NCBI GenBank assembly: GCA_973895155.1
Contig: OZ316896.1
Span: 21,573,050 to 21,637,049, forward strand
DNA: 64,000 nt
Reading direction: 5' to 3'
DNA from: Marsupella aquatica
Lineage: Eukaryota > Plantae > Marchantiophyta
Shown: piece by piece, positions 1 through 14,100 of the stretch
Layout: every line of letters starts with the position of its first letter
Position numbering within the stretch: position 1 is the stretch's first letter
Notes under the pieces: model-generated
The model's input: only the letters and a program-made list of their open reading frames with translations
Told to the model about the DNA's origin: nothing
Databases searched by the model: none
Position numbers and translations under genes: made by a program

Positions 1-287
1 GAAATCCTAAAGGATTGAATATGAAAACCGAGGGCATGTTTGGACATTCCCTCTTTCATACTGGTAGTGATGGTTTAAGCTACCTTTCACACATTCCAAC
101 TCGGCAGCAATAATTTTCCTACGAGGTTTTTACAATTGTAAGAGTCAATCCATTCCCCCTGTAACTGCTACATGTGTTAGGCATTTCACTAATAGGTGAA
201 ACGTGGATCTAGATGTTCCTCAGAAACTTGGATCTAGATACCCAAATTGTTAGAGGGAAAACCCAGAATTACAGATACGGCATGGTT

Positions 288-701
288 TCAATCCATTGCT
301 CCATCGCAAGCAGAAGCTAACGACTGTGTTACTATTGAAGCTAGTGTTCTTGCAAAAGATTGAGGCACTTGGGAGTCATTGGAGGTGGAGCACGTTGTAG
401 GAGTCACGGGAGTTTCTGCAGGAGGAGAATGGGCTTGAGATACGTAGACCGCAGCTACAACATAACTTGATGGCGCTCTTCCACTGGAGCATAGTCCATT
501 GCAGGCGGAAGAACTGGTGCAAAGATCTCGACAGGTGAAACCAACCGGATCCAGAGTTTGTGACTGCCACTCTTTGAACACCGCGCGGCAAGCAGGACCG
601 TGTGAGCTGGTGTCTTAGCCGCTTGCAGTAACAAAGCGTGTCGTGTTGAGTACCGGTCCAAAAGCATCAAGACTGTCGAAAATATCACTTGCCACACAAA
701 T
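288..701 (-). pseudogene. Cys-rich exon-like remnant (unidentified, possibly an extracellular Cys-rich domain)
   Basis: CAG acceptor at 702-704. The frame reads ICVASDIF...ASG*DTSSHGPACRAVFKEWQ...CRDLCTSSSACNGLC followed by a Pro/Ser/Thr-rich tail; in-frame TAA at 615-617. Confidence 0.3.
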
Positions 702-1639
702 CTGAATATGGTTGGCCATACCATACCTACCATCATATATAATAAAGGAACCCTCAGATGGGTGTGTGTGCAGATTTCCAGCTGGGGTATGGCGAGAAAT
801 GGGTCAAAATTAAAGCTGCACAACGTATGCAATCCGTTTCAATTCAGTAAGGGATGTCAAAATTTAAAATATTCTTGTTAGTGTTCAGTTACACTTTTCA
901 ATTTGCAATTGCAGTCTACACTGGAGCGTGTATATCCGACCTGAGCCATGGATCAAGCTCGAGAGATCAAGATGTCCCTTCCTAGATGAAATGGTGTCCT
1001 TTCCATAGAAGAGATAGAAGAAGATCCACTTCATGCCATACTGCATTTTCTAATTCTCGTGACAGGAAAGAAGGATGGTCTTCATTAAAAGTACTACTGT
1101 AGAAGTTTCATAATACGCGCGTGCAAAACAGAGGCAAAATCGCCATTTATGATGCAGCCTGAATTTTTTACTCTTTGCTCTCGTGTTTGCTCTCGTGACG
1201 GATGGGAAGACTACTTACTACTCAGGGCGGCTTTAGAAGGTGTGGGGGGCACTTACTTTTTCTACTACCGAGACGGCCACTTTTTGTTCTAAAGATACTA
1301 AACCACATACCAGAAGCATTTTAAAATGAACGTCAATGGAGGAGCCAAAGTTTGGAAATATTAATGATTGGAACAAATCCCAGGGTTTACGTCGGCCCAT
1401 CGGCCCATTGCTTTGTCATGCAGGATCCAAAAATACCATACCCAATGGGGCCCCACGTTCTTGTGAAGCCAACTGGAGTCTCATTATACTACGCAGAGTT
1501 AATCTCAAAGTGAATAAAATGAAGAGAATGGGCCCCCTACAGCCTGTAAAGCTTTTGATCCAGAAAGTGTATAAAGACGGAGGTGGGTAAAAGCTTTATC
1601 GATATCAAAAGGAAGATAAACAAATATAATAGTTGGAAG

Positions 1640-2260
1640 TGACTTTTGGGTTGTGGGAGAGCTTCAATGGTCAATATGTCAGCAGGTTGCTGTTCAGTGG
1701 AAACATATTGTAATTGAACCTCCCCTCCAAAGCTCGCTCGCGTTTCAAGTGGTGATGAACCTGATGTGTTTTGTGCACGGAAACCGAGATATTTGGTTAT
1801 CGATTTACTAGTACCTTGGTTGCCACAGCGAATTGGGAGAGATGAATTAGGAAGAACAGAGGTGATCTCAGATTCAGTTGCAATGGACAGAAATTTGAGC
1901 ATCGGGAATGAGCCGGGGAATGACTTGCAGTTCATGCAGAAGATGTTTGAGGGACAATTGCTTCCTGAACGCCAGTAGAGAGCGAGATATAATCAGACTC
2001 GGTGGAAATCGGTGGTAGCCTGGTGCTTGCTGTTCCTGACAACGGCACTAACTCCAAGAACGGGACTACCACCTAGGATGAACATGTAGAAACCAAGAGA
2101 AAACAGAGTAGACGGGCAAACAGGGGACAGAGTATGCCCTGGTAGAGAGTGTGTTTAATATAATGCAAAATATGTCGTGTAGCTTGAAGATGATCGTCCC
2201 GAGGTGCCTGCATTAAGCCGCTAACCATACTGACCGGTATAGGAGTTCGAAACAAATCTG
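1640..2260 (-). mobile_element. Degraded Ty1/copia LTR-retrotransposon pol fragment (RT end and RNase H)
   Basis: Frameshifted motifs in copia order: MQAPRDDHLQATRHILHYIKHT, LPIRCGNQG (canonical CDNQ), (R)TKHI, GEVQLQYVSTEQQPADILT. No LTRs found; decay probably extends to ~3.5 kb. Confidence 0.8.
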
Positions 2261-3674
2261 ACTAGGTCAAAGCTGCAACAACGCAATTCACAACACTAGC
2301 ACGAAACAATAGTACATTCAAGCAACGACCAACCAATCCATGATTGCAATGCAGTTACGTGATGGAAATTGTCTGAGGACAAACCTGACAATAGGTAGGT
2401 CGAATATGTAGGCCAAGAGCGCAGGTCCAACCGGGAACTCATCATTCGATAAGCCGACAGAACTATGTGAACACATTTCTGCAAATCATTCGACTCTACA
2501 TGGTCACCACAGGGGATGAGGAGGTAGCAGCGAAGACAACTATCTCCACCCTTTCTCATTCTGTCACGCTTATTTCCACTAAGGTGTTTGCAGGAGTGAC
2601 AGTATGGGCCATCCAAGAGAAATATATCTTTGCTGGGGACCCCATCAGTCTGTACCAGACAACTATGACAACAAAATCTCGTCGGCGATCCTTAGCTTGA
2701 CTATTCAAACCCTTCGTTGCACTGCGGTAGTACCCATGTCCTCATGCCCTGCTCAATCAAAAAACCTTATAATTGTTCGTCTGTGATGGATATGAATAAA
2801 TTATTAATACGTGAAGGACTGGAAACAAATAAATGAGTACCCGAGTCAGTGCTCAACAGTTCACAATCAGATGGAGAGCAACAGTATGCTCCATGAACCT
2901 GAAAAATTGGGGATTGACCAAAGTCACAAAAGCTTGTGCCCAAGCTTCCGTGTGAGGTGTGGGAATTCCACAGGGACGTGTGGAGTCAAATTGGGATGCT
3001 TTGTGGCCATGCAACTGAGGAAAACAAGCTCATACCATGTTTCCACATTCGTCTCTTCAAATTATTTTTGCATACTCAAACGCAAAGCTTAGGTAGACTC
3101 TTATCACTCACGATTGCTCCAAGTTCAAAGTAAACTGACGACCATAGTCTAAACAAACTGCGCATTACAACATAACTCAACAGCTCAGGTTGGGGAAAAG
3201 TCCCCTGAAGTCATCTCAATGATGAAGTTAGTTAATCCCAGTGGGAATTTGCTGCATGTCAGGTCATGATAAGAAAACAATCACAAATCATAGCTCTGTC
3301 CAGAGTGCCGCTGCAATTGAAACTTGAACCAAAGAAACAGAGCTGACCGCATCCACTCCATTGTCACATTTCACATTCCAATACTATAATTGACAGACCT
3401 AATTTTAAGCAAACAGAGCCCTTCCACTCTCGACTGAAGAAACTCATTAAGCTGTCATGAAGGCGATAACGTTGGCAGCACTGCAGGAGGTGAGAGACAA
3501 GCAATCACCTGGCCTGTGTGACTATTAATGGATCTCCGCTACGGCTATTAAGGGATCAGCAATGACAACTCTCTATCTCTCCACGCAATTCGATTTTTGG
3601 AAGCTGCAAGGCACTAATCAAAAGCAAACGGACAATAATTCTCCTGAAACCTCCCTTGGGGATGACAGAGCAAA

Positions 3675-3737
3675 GCAGCAAGTGTCCAGAGATGGGAAAT
3701 TGTCAGAGCGACACTTCCATCTCTGGACACTTGCTGC
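3675..3737. repeat. Perfect 21-bp inverted repeat (hairpin)
   Basis: GCAGCAAGTGTCCAGAGATGG (3675-3695) is the exact reverse complement of 3717-3737; 21-nt loop. Confidence 0.95.
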
Positions 3738-5713
3738 AAAACCCTGACACAACTAGAGCTAAGCAACAGACAATCCGGCTGCCAATTGAAATAGAACCAA
3801 ATGAAATTCAATTCCTACTGATTTTGAAGTAAACTTTCGATCATCAATCCTGAGAGAAGATGGATGAATGAAAGTGCTTGTTCGCCTGGACAACTCCTTT
3901 CACTCACTGTTAAATTTCAATACAAATCATCTACCAAGACTAATAAAGGCCTCAAATAGCTTACCAGATTGTTGCAGCGAAAAGAGGCACTTGAGAACTA
4001 GAGCAAGGAAATGTCCAAGAAAATTAGAATAGCTTGAGCACAGCGTTGTACCACAGACGGTCATCGGACAAACAGGCACCTGTTAACTAGATGTAGTGAG
4101 AATGCCGGAGAAAATGAGAACCGAAGAGGAATGAGAGATTGAAGAACGAGAAAATTTTAGCATCGATCTCTCTCATATACCACATTAAGACTGGAGTCCG
4201 TTCCAAATTTAGGGGCCAAGTATAGGAAGTCACCATATTGTAGACCAACTCCAATAGACGATGGATACCAACCACCTTGCAAGAGAACCTGTGTTCGAGA
4301 CCATAGCTCTCAAGTCACTTCTGCCATTAGGCACACACGAACAGGAACTCTAAAAAGTGGGATGGAGTAAGGGGCTAAAGGGAGAAGGTTACTGGGAGAG
4401 GGGACTTACATTAAGTTCTCTATTTTATGTTGCAAGTGCCTTATGTTAGTGCCTACATTTTATGAAAATTTGGTCAAAATAGTAAGAAAACATATTTTTT
4501 CGATCCCACATGATACCTGCGGCGCCTGGAGTTGACCCCTGCGCATGTTTGCTGATTTAAGTCAGTTGATTGAATATTTTCTTATTAATTAAATTGAAAC
4601 TGAAGCTCCCATGTACCCCTTGGAAAAAATCAAAACATTGTCATAATGCTCAGATGGACCATTATAACTCAGACACATACTACCACTCTGAAATGTCAAT
4701 TTTTTATCACATAGAACCTTCCATTTGTTTGTATTAATGTTCAATTTGTTATTGTCAACAGGAGTTTGGTGTGTCTAGTGTCATGTATTTGGCTCTTCAA
4801 CAAAGAAAACTTATTTGCATCTCACCATAAATTGGAAACTTAACATGGTCAGATCACTTAGCCCAGCACTCCCCGGGCTAGTCCAAGCTCCAGAGGAACA
4901 ATAGCTCCATCCAATCTGTTTGTGCTTCCAAAGGAAGAATCCCAAGTGGCAGGTGTCCCCTTGTGCAGCTGGAACTTGGGTGTCTCACTTCCACAAAAAT
5001 GACTCATCATATGCAACAAAGCATAAGGTAGTTTTGTTGGTTCTTAGGGAACACTCCAGGTAAAACTTCAAAAGAATTGTGGATGAACAGTAGAGTCTTA
5101 AAATCCAATTTTGATACTTATAAGAAAAGATTCATTGGGGTTTTAACCAATTTTTGGAATATTCCAAATTAATAGGGGTATCTAGAAGATTCCCCAAAGA
5201 ATCTATTAAACTTTAGGGTGTATGAGTTGTCAAAATGTTGCAGGTGATGCGGGGTCAGGGCGCTCCATATAGTGAGACCCCCGAGGGCTAGAGCAACTTG
5301 CCGCCCATGCAATGCAAGACCAAAAAGAGTTATACTGCCATTTGGAAGAGGTTGTTAAAGTTTAGGGTTTTCCCCTACCGAGACCTCTGCCCGTCACATC
5401 ACAGCTGGTCTCAGACAGGGTTTCCCAAATGGTAGTAAATGACTCCGCTGTTCTTAGAGAGGGTTTTCCAAATGGTAGTACATGACTCCCTTGAGTAGTA
5501 AGAGTGATTATACAAAGAGCACCCCACCCATGTAACATATTCAAAAGGATTATAAAAGCTGTGTACTTATCAAATGAATCATAAAGTAACGGATATGAGT
5601 GTAAGGTTTTAAACATGAATCTAGGCACAGCACTCACTGTGTGCTCAGGCCAGGGGTGTGGCCATGGTCACAAACTCCTATAAACCAAATAAAGTATCAG
5701 AAACATTTTAGGT

Positions 5714-5794
5714 GGAGTCATTGTGTAGCACATTAATTTGTGGTTGTCTTCCTTTGAGATTTAGAGGTCAAGGGTTCAAGTCCTGCCCTCTCCA
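5714..5794 (+). other. Degenerate tRNA-like / tRNA-SINE head
   Basis: B-box-like GGTTCAAGTCC at 5773-5783, GGAG...CTCCA ends. D and anticodon arms do not fold. Confidence 0.3.
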
Positions 5795-8700
5795 ATTATA
5801 GTTTCATAAAGATGCATAGGCCTGAAAATGGGCAAAATTGTAAACTAGATATTTAAGCTGTAAAGATTTATGAGAGATAATTTGCAAAGATGGGATTAAA
5901 AAAAACACATATGGGTTTAAGTAATTTAAAAATGGAAATAATAACAAAGAACACAACCCTCTTAAGCCAAAATTAAAACAAAAATAGCAACAAAAATCAC
6001 AAGAGATGCACCATATCACAATGTCAAAAATATGAAATTCTCCTATAAAATTATGTGGACTGGCTACTATCTCTAGTCAATAAAATCATGTGGAATGGCT
6101 ACTAGCTCTAGTGGTACTTGTAAATAAGTTTGGGCAAAAATAATTAATTACAATATTTTTGCAAGTAATTTGACATTCCTGATCAAAGGGATGGGAAAAT
6201 AAGAGGCTTTTTGGGACTGTATAAATGGACTACGACCAGGGTTGCTTTCAGTGGCTAAAATTCACTACATTTCACCTCTCAAAGAGCAATGGTCTCTTTT
6301 GGCTAAAATTACCTACAACAGATTTTCTGTGTTCCATTAGGGAGTCTCAAAGCTGACAATTTGATGGACCTTAACTCCCTAGTTGCAGGTTGTGGACACA
6401 AAAAGTTACAGACTATGAAATTCATACCATAAGCTTTTTGCCATAAGGATTGGTTAATGCCAACCATCAGTCACTGTAGAGGTTGGTGACAGCAAAAGCA
6501 AAAAAAACTTTTACATAACATTGTGAAAAAGTTATGATCATTCCTATAAGGTTGAATGTCATCATCCATAATTTTGGAGCTTTAAGACTCCCCATTAGGC
6601 AGTTTTTCATCTACCCACAGACCCAGCAACCGTAATCTAATGATCATCCTCAAATGTAGGGAGATTTGATGGTCAAACGTTAATCTAAAAAAATTAGATA
6701 AAGAACATTTATAACATTTCTCCTTCACACAAGGTGACATTAGCGAAACAAAAGCCCGGATGGACTGAGATGTTGTCCCTGCCAATCCCCATGGACTGCT
6801 TAAAGTCACTTTTACACCAAAAAGAAAAAGGAACCGGTAACAATTCCAGTTGACAACTTTGACCACCTTGGAGAGAAAGTTGTCAAGAGGTCATGGTGAT
6901 CCTGAGTAATGACATGACGACTTGATGTTTTTCAGGTTCAAGGTCATCAAGCCATCAACTTACCAAGGAAAAGGGTTGAGTAATGTAATTGAAACCGGAT
7001 GCAAACAGTAAAGGGACCGTTTACAGGTCACATAGTCATAGTGTAAACAGTATTATCTGAGCTAGTTTAGATGTTCTGAGCAAGTCCATCCAAGTTTTTC
7101 CAGTCCATCTGAGCTTCATAGACAAAGTGAAGCTCCATCTGGGCTTTAGTTTGGACAGTAGCCATGCAGGCCGAAAGAAAAAAACCTTAAAAATTAGGCT
7201 AAGTACCATCACATCTCCCTCAAAATGTCGAGAGCTTTTGGGCTTTGACCATCTTTTCCTCCGCCCCCCTGTAAAAGTGTAGAGCCGTCAGATCTTGGGA
7301 CCAGGTCCAAGAGCATTAGGGCCATCTTGCATGTGAGGGTCCCCAAATTATCAACCCTTTAAGTGATCAGGTGGCACATGCTTACTCTTCGAGCCTTTCC
7401 TGCCTCACCCTCCTCATGTGCCAGTCCTCACGGCAGCAATTCATTTTTTTCAAGGGCAAGGGCCGGAAACTTTACGGCTCTTCACCGTCCTGACCTTTCA
7501 AATTCATAAACAAAAAAAATACAGTGCTAACAACAAAGGGGTTGAAGCGACAAAGGAGGAAACCCACTGAGTGGGAGCATTGCACGTAATTATTGCCACG
7601 GAGAGTTGTGTTTTGATTTGCTCATACACTGTTTCCCATCTTTTGTGGGCAAGTAAGGGCCGCTTTTTAAAGGACTCTTGCACATGCAAGACAGCCCTTA
7701 GTTTGGCCCAAAGAGTCCCCACTTTTTCCAGGTTGCACTTTTTGCCGGGCATTTTGAAATAAAGTATGAAGTTGGTGACATTAAACAAATCTGCCCTTGG
7801 CTCCCTGATATAATTGTATTCGCCTGAAGTTGCAGGTTGATGATGTCAAGGTTCCATGGCACCTGCTTTGGACGAACACTATACACGAGTGGGTTTTTTT
7901 CTGGCATGAAAACAACATCCAATATAATTATTTCAAATTCCTGCAAGAGTTTTCTTTCTGTATATTTCTGAACTTAATGATAGTGAACGCCCACCAATGC
8001 AAGAGCATGTTAAGATTTATCTTCTACTTGTGGAAAATGAAGCCTGGATACACAGCTAGGTTTGTCAAAAAGCTCCCAAGTATTTTGCAACTCAGATGGA
8101 CTGCATTTTACTCAAATTGTCACAAGGAATATTCCTAATTACTCCATCCCAATTGTTTGTTTTCTGTCTAGGGTCCATGGGACCGTCCTTTTCTGGTCTT
8201 GGTAAAGAAAATAAACTCTAAGGTCTCAAGAAAGGACAAACATAATCAAAAGTAGAAGGAAAGATTTGGAGTGAAAAGAGATTAACGGGACTAAAGTGCA
8301 TCAACTCATGTTATCAAGACAGTAACTAGTAGCTATGTATGTAGTCTGTGAGGTCCCGTTTACAAGGCATTGTGGGTTAATATGGCCCGTAATGTTCTGG
8401 TAACACAACCTTTATACACTTAAAGGCTGATTGATGAGTTTTAATTACGAACCCCCATGAGAGGTCTCTTCCAAATTCCCTGGCACGAGGATGCACCACA
8501 TCAGCGAGGATGGTGACAAACAGGACAGATCAGGTTTTTAGCAAAACAAAAAGGTCTTTGTCGTGTTTGTGGTCATATTCGTGGAAACTACGGGGATGAT
8601 AAGCTAATAATTATTAAGTTTTCTTAAAATTTAAAGCGAATCTAATTCTTTAAACTCAAATTTTAATAATTGTTATTAATTAATTTTCAATTAACTTATC

Positions 8701-9758
8701 ATCTTGGTCAGTTTGGGCAGGCTACGAGGAGCTCGAGTACTTAAGGCAATTTTAGATTAAAAGGGGTATGGATGGACATGACGGTGCCAGGAAAACAAAT
8801 TTTTATTGAAGGGCTATGATTGGTTTACACCTTTAATGAGTTAGTAAAGGGAAGTTTCCTTGAAGGTAGTGCATTGATATGGTCATTGACCATTCATTAA
8901 AAAGGTGCAACCTTGTATTATAGCTTTTGATACCCAAGAAAAACATTATTTATTAAACTACGAGCCATATGCCAGTGTTTTGCACTGTGCAAGGAGGGCA
9001 GGCCCATAGGGATTGGCCGGGGGCATAACGGGGCAGTGGGAAGCAAATACGTGATAGGGGTGTACATTTTTCTCATCAATGGTGAGCAAAAACAGCTAAT
9101 CAAATCCAACGGCTGTGGATCTTTCCCGCCCAGAAGCTTTTTTGTATGGGAACGAAGGACAAAAAAAGATGGGATCTCTTATTATAGTTGTAGATCATTT
9201 ACTCGCACAAACCTTCACAAAAACTGAAATCTAAAACTACTCCAACTGCACCAAGATGGACTTCCCCTCCTACAGTAGAGAGAAGCCAGGCACCTGATCT
9301 ACTTAGAATGAATGTTTCTCAATTGACATATCTAGGATCCTTTGAAAGACTTACCTTTGTATTTTTATCCATGTGAAATTGGATCCAACCCCCCATATAA
9401 TTTTGTAATCTAATTTATATCGTAGTTTCAAGTAATTATTTGAATTTTTTCCATTTCCACCCTTCTGCCCAAATTGAAATTGGAAGAGGAGCACACAGAT
9501 TACACAAAGATTTTACTTCCAATGACACCACTATGAGAGGAGCTTAGTTTACATTCTATCATGCAGAACTACACCATGTATAAGTGCATTCTGTGGGTAA
9601 CTGCAACCCAGTAGTGTAGTCCCATAATATTTACTAGCGCAGGTTGATGTCACTAAATGACAAACACATAACTGCATTTCATATATATAAGTGCATTTAT
9701 CAGTTACTGCAACTCATATGCTAGAAGAGCAGGTATGCTACATTTTCACCAATGAGAT

Positions 9759-9858
9759 GGTGAATTTGTGATTACTTGGTTGGGTTTTTCATCATAAAAT
9801 GCAGAGGGGGTGAATTTGTGACTATTTGGTTGGGTTTTTCATCATAAAATGGAGAGGG
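9759..9858. repeat. 50-bp tandem duplication
   Basis: GGTGAATTTGTGA..TTGGTTGGGTTTTTCATCATAAAATG.AGAGGG occurs twice head-to-tail. Confidence 0.9.
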
Positions 9859-11129
9859 ATAAATTCCCTTAGATTGATTTTCATTGTGTTAATATTCCAT
9901 TAGATAGTTTTTCACATCCCCTCCTTCCGTAGTTTCCTTGCAAGTGCAAAACTAAACCTTATTTTAGGATTCATAATCAGCAAGTTATGGGCCCCAAACT
10001 TGCACGGACCACCAATATGTGGTCCATGGGAGCACTGTGTCCAACAAGGTGATCCATCTTGGCTTCAGTTTCATTATTGTCACCAATAGGAATCATTCAC
10101 TCATCCAACTTATTCAGACAGAATAAATGTCCTCTTAGCTTTTCATTCGTCAATTTTTAGGTTTACAATTGCTTTTCTTTTTTCTGGTTAGGTGTTTGTC
10201 TACCCTCCCGCACTCAGTTTTTCTCGGAATCCAGTTTTCTCAGTTGCATTAGCTTGCTCTTGTCGAGGCGCATCAAATCGATATAAAACACGTCCAAAAC
10301 GGTGCCGTATCGACATACTTATGGTCACATTCGTTTTCGCCGTTTTTCAGTCGTTTTTCTACGATTTTCGTCTTCCTTTCGACGGTCATGTCTCGGTCAA
10401 TCTTTCATGGATTTCAGATTTCTCAAGTGCTTTGTATAGCTCTTCTCCGGGAGCATCAGATTGATCCCAAGAGCGGTCCAATTGGTCTCCTATTGCCCCG
10501 ATTGGACTTTGATTAGCTCTCACGTTTTTTCTTCAATTTCCACCGTTCTCACTTTCAATTAGCTTTAGGGTCCTGTAGCAGTTCCTCGTTCACGGAATCC
10601 GGCATTCTCATGTGATTTGGCCAGCTCTTGTCCGGGAGTGCAACATCTATCCCTACCGAGGTCCTTTTGGTGACATATCAACCACTTTCGGCTCCGATTA
10701 CGATTCTGATTTACTCCTCCATTTTTGGTGACGGTTTCCCTTGATCAGCTTTGGAGCATTCCTGTCTTGCCACGTTTCTCCTCCGATTGGTGGTTGCCTT
10801 TCTTCTTCAGTTCTGACAAGGTGGTTTTTGCCAAGTTTAATGGACCAGTTTGCATTCCACCATCTTTGGGAGCTATAGCAGCACGCTCAAATCAGCGGAG
10901 AGATATTCACTCGCATCGACTCCTCAACGGACACATCGACGAGAGCTCCAGCTTTGTTCCCAACTGTGCCTGCACGTGCTCAACGGTTTTCTAGGCTAGC
11001 GGTGGCGCCGCTTCTCGGATTTTGACGCGGTGGGCTCTCTCCATAGCCTTCCCTTTCTTTTCACATGTCTTGGTTGGGCCTTTTGTCGCTTCTTGATGCG
11101 CTTTTGCTTTTATCGGGTTGCGACCTGTC

Positions 11130-14100
11130 ATGTCTACGTTGAGAGTGTTGGCGCGGGGCAAGCGCCCAGCCCCCCCACACAGTTCTCCCCCCTCCTCCCC
11201 CCCGCCTCGTGGTCGCCTTCGTGTTTGCTCTTCTTCATTGGATCTCTCTCATCTTCGTGATGACCCCATGCCCGATGTTCTACCAGTCCCCCCAGTCTAC
11301 TGCCCACCCCATCGACGCCCTGGGTCCTCTCCCCAGCCCATTCCCCCTCCACCCCTCCAGCATCCCCCTCCGGCCTCTTCATCCACGTCGGTTCCCCCCC
11401 ACCTCCTGTCCAGTCGTTCCCTGCTCCCTCCCCAGACGAGCGTCCCCTGCATACTTGTCCTGAGTGTGGCTGGGTTGGCCTCTCCCTTCCTCATCACCGC
11501 GGGCGGGGCCGGTGCCAACGTTGCCAGCAAGCCCAATCCCAGCCCCAGCCCCCTCTTGACCCAGTTAGCTCTGCCCCTCCTTCCTTGGAGGCTTCCGAGC
11601 AGGCATGGAGTTGGGTTCGCTCTCTAGACCCCCTTCCAGCCTACCATCCAGGGTACATTAGACCTCGCCTTTATAACCACATCCCACTAGCGTTGCGCCC
11701 ATTAGTTCGGTCATCCTTGTTGCAACTCATGCAGCTTATCTTGGCGCATCCTATCGAGGTCTCCTATTGGTCTTTACTCATGCTTTTTCCACAATGGACT
11801 CTTACCCTCCCTAGTCACGGTGGTCGCGTGGGTCATCGTGAGACTGCCTCTCGTATCCATCGTTTTCTGCGGGGAGATTGGGAACAGCTTCAGGAAGAGT
11901 ACTTTCTTCGAGCCCGTTCCTTTACTACCCGTGCTTTGTCTGACCCAGCTCGCCACTCTCATCCTCCAGAGCACAGACGCCTTCGTCGCTCTTGTCGTTT
12001 GGCCCAGGCTGGTGAATATCGTCGTGCGGTCCAGGCCCTTTCTCCCACCACACCAGCCCCCCCTGGCGAGGTCACCTTGACGGCCCTTTAGGATCTCCAT
12101 CCGCAGCCCTATGATCAGCTCCCTTTGTTCGTGGAAGATTTTGAGCCTGAGGAGGATCTTCAGTTTAGTAGGGACCACTTCACCTATGCTTTCCTCCATG
12201 CTCCGCGTTGCGCGGCTGGTGGCCCCTCTGGCTATGTCTTTGAGCATTTTCGTCATTTATTCCCCCCTGAGGATCCTCAGTCTGGTTTTCCAGTTTTCTT
12301 CTCCTTTTGCCAGTGTATTGCTACCGGCCGTTTGCCTCCTCCCGTCTCTCGGCTTTTGAGTGCTTCTCGTTTATTGGCCATGGCTAAGTCTTCACCGGGT
12401 GTTCGGCCCATAGCTTTTGGAGAGGTTTTTCTTCGTCTAGTGTCTCGCGCACTTTCATCGCAGTATCGCTCTGCACTATCGGATCATCTCTCTCCACATC
12501 AGTTTGCAGTGGGCGTTCCTGGCGGTTGTGAGACAGTTATTGCGGGTATTCGTACTACCTTGGACCTCCACCCTGATTGGGTTGTCCTCCAGGTTGATGT
12601 CTCCAATGCTTTCAATACGGTTTCTCGGGCAGCAATTTTTCGTGCTTTGAGGGCAGCGGATCCAGACATCCAGTCTCTTATCCCCTTTGTCCGTTGTTTT
12701 TATGGGTTCGAGGCCCCCCTCTTCTATAGTCATCATACCTCTACAGGAGCGTATACCACTCTTTCTTCTGCAGAAGGTACACGTCAGGGTGACCCTTTGG
12801 GTGGGCCTCTTTTTGCCATTGCACATTTTACTGCTTTACGAGAAGCCTCCGCGGCCCACCCCCAGTGTATCTTCCCCTCCCTTTCAGATGACACCCACAT
12901 CATTGGTCCACCTGTTGCTGTTACTTCTGCCCTCGCCACCCTTTCCACCCATTTGTTGGGCCTCGGTTTACGAGTTCAGCCGGTGAAGAGTCGTGCATGG
13001 AGTCCAGCTGGGTTACCCTCTGATCTTGCGCTTCCCCCTGGGTTCTTACGTCCTACCGACGGTCTTCGGGTCCTTGGCTCCCCAGTCGGTACCGCCTCCT
13101 TTTGCTCATCTTTCATTGCTGATGCTGTCCAGGCTGCCTTAGCCCCTACTCCTATGCTCCCTAAGTTAGCAGACTCTCAGGCAGCATTTGGGTTGTTGTT
13201 GAGATGCATCCACCCTCGTGCGTCCTATTTGGCTCGGACACATCCCCCTACCGAGGATCTTTATCTACACCTCCGAGCGTTTGATGTCTCCATTCGTGAG
13301 ACTTTGGCCTCTCTTTTAGGGCCAGGTACTTTACTCTCATCTCCGTGGCTTCATCGACAGCTCAGTCTTCCTATTTCTCACAGTGGTTTTGGGCTTACTT
13401 CCACTGAGCGCCTTGCACCTTTGGCCTTCTTGGGCGCGTGGGCGGCCGCCTTCTCATTGTTGGCTGATCGTTTCCTTACTGAGGATCGACCTTTTTTACT
13501 TTCATCCCTCATGGAGGTCGAGGAGGGTTCCCTCCCATTTCAGGTTCAATTGCGCACGGCGGTCATCATTACCCGATCCTGTTCGAGCTGCGTTACCTTC
13601 ATTCCAGGAGTTTTTATCCTTGGACCCCGTCCGTCTTCAGGCAGACCTTGCTGGGCGTATGCACGCTTTCACCCTTTCCAGCATCCTCACCGAGGCACCT
13701 AACACGGACCGAGCTCGGATTCTTTCTTCCGGAGGGAAGGGCGCAGGAGGCTGGCTTCAGGCCAATCCAGTCATTCCTCACCTGCGGATGTCTTCAGCGG
13801 AGTTTGCGACAGCCATGCGTCTTCGTATGGGCTTGCCCCACCCACTTCTTGCTGGTTTACCTCCTACTTGCAGTTGTGGGAAGCCTTGTGATGCCACAGG
13901 TGTCCATCTTCTTCGATGCAGTTTGGGCGGCGAAACCATTTTTGTTCACGACACTGTGAAAGATGCGACTGCTCAGGTTCTCTCTGGCTCTTTGGTCTGC
14001 GCGCGGCGGGAGGTGGTGCTCGAGTTACCTGGTCCTCCATCACAGCGGTTACGGGTGGATCTTACCATGGTCCGTGACGGTCACCGTACTTTGGCAGATG

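Noticed and set aside
4260-4275. Copia primer-binding site (TGGTATC)
   Set aside because: Only 7 nt match and no adjacent LTR pair could be identified.
6582-7790. Harbinger transposase/Myb remnants (NFFRLTFDH; KRWETVYEQIK)
   Set aside because: Matches are too short; no DDE motifs or TIRs found.
12089-12091. Programmed readthrough or two-ORF organisation of the retroelement
   Set aside because: The TAG falls inside the conserved L-x-x-L-H-P motif and other lesions exist; a CAG>TAG mutation is simpler.
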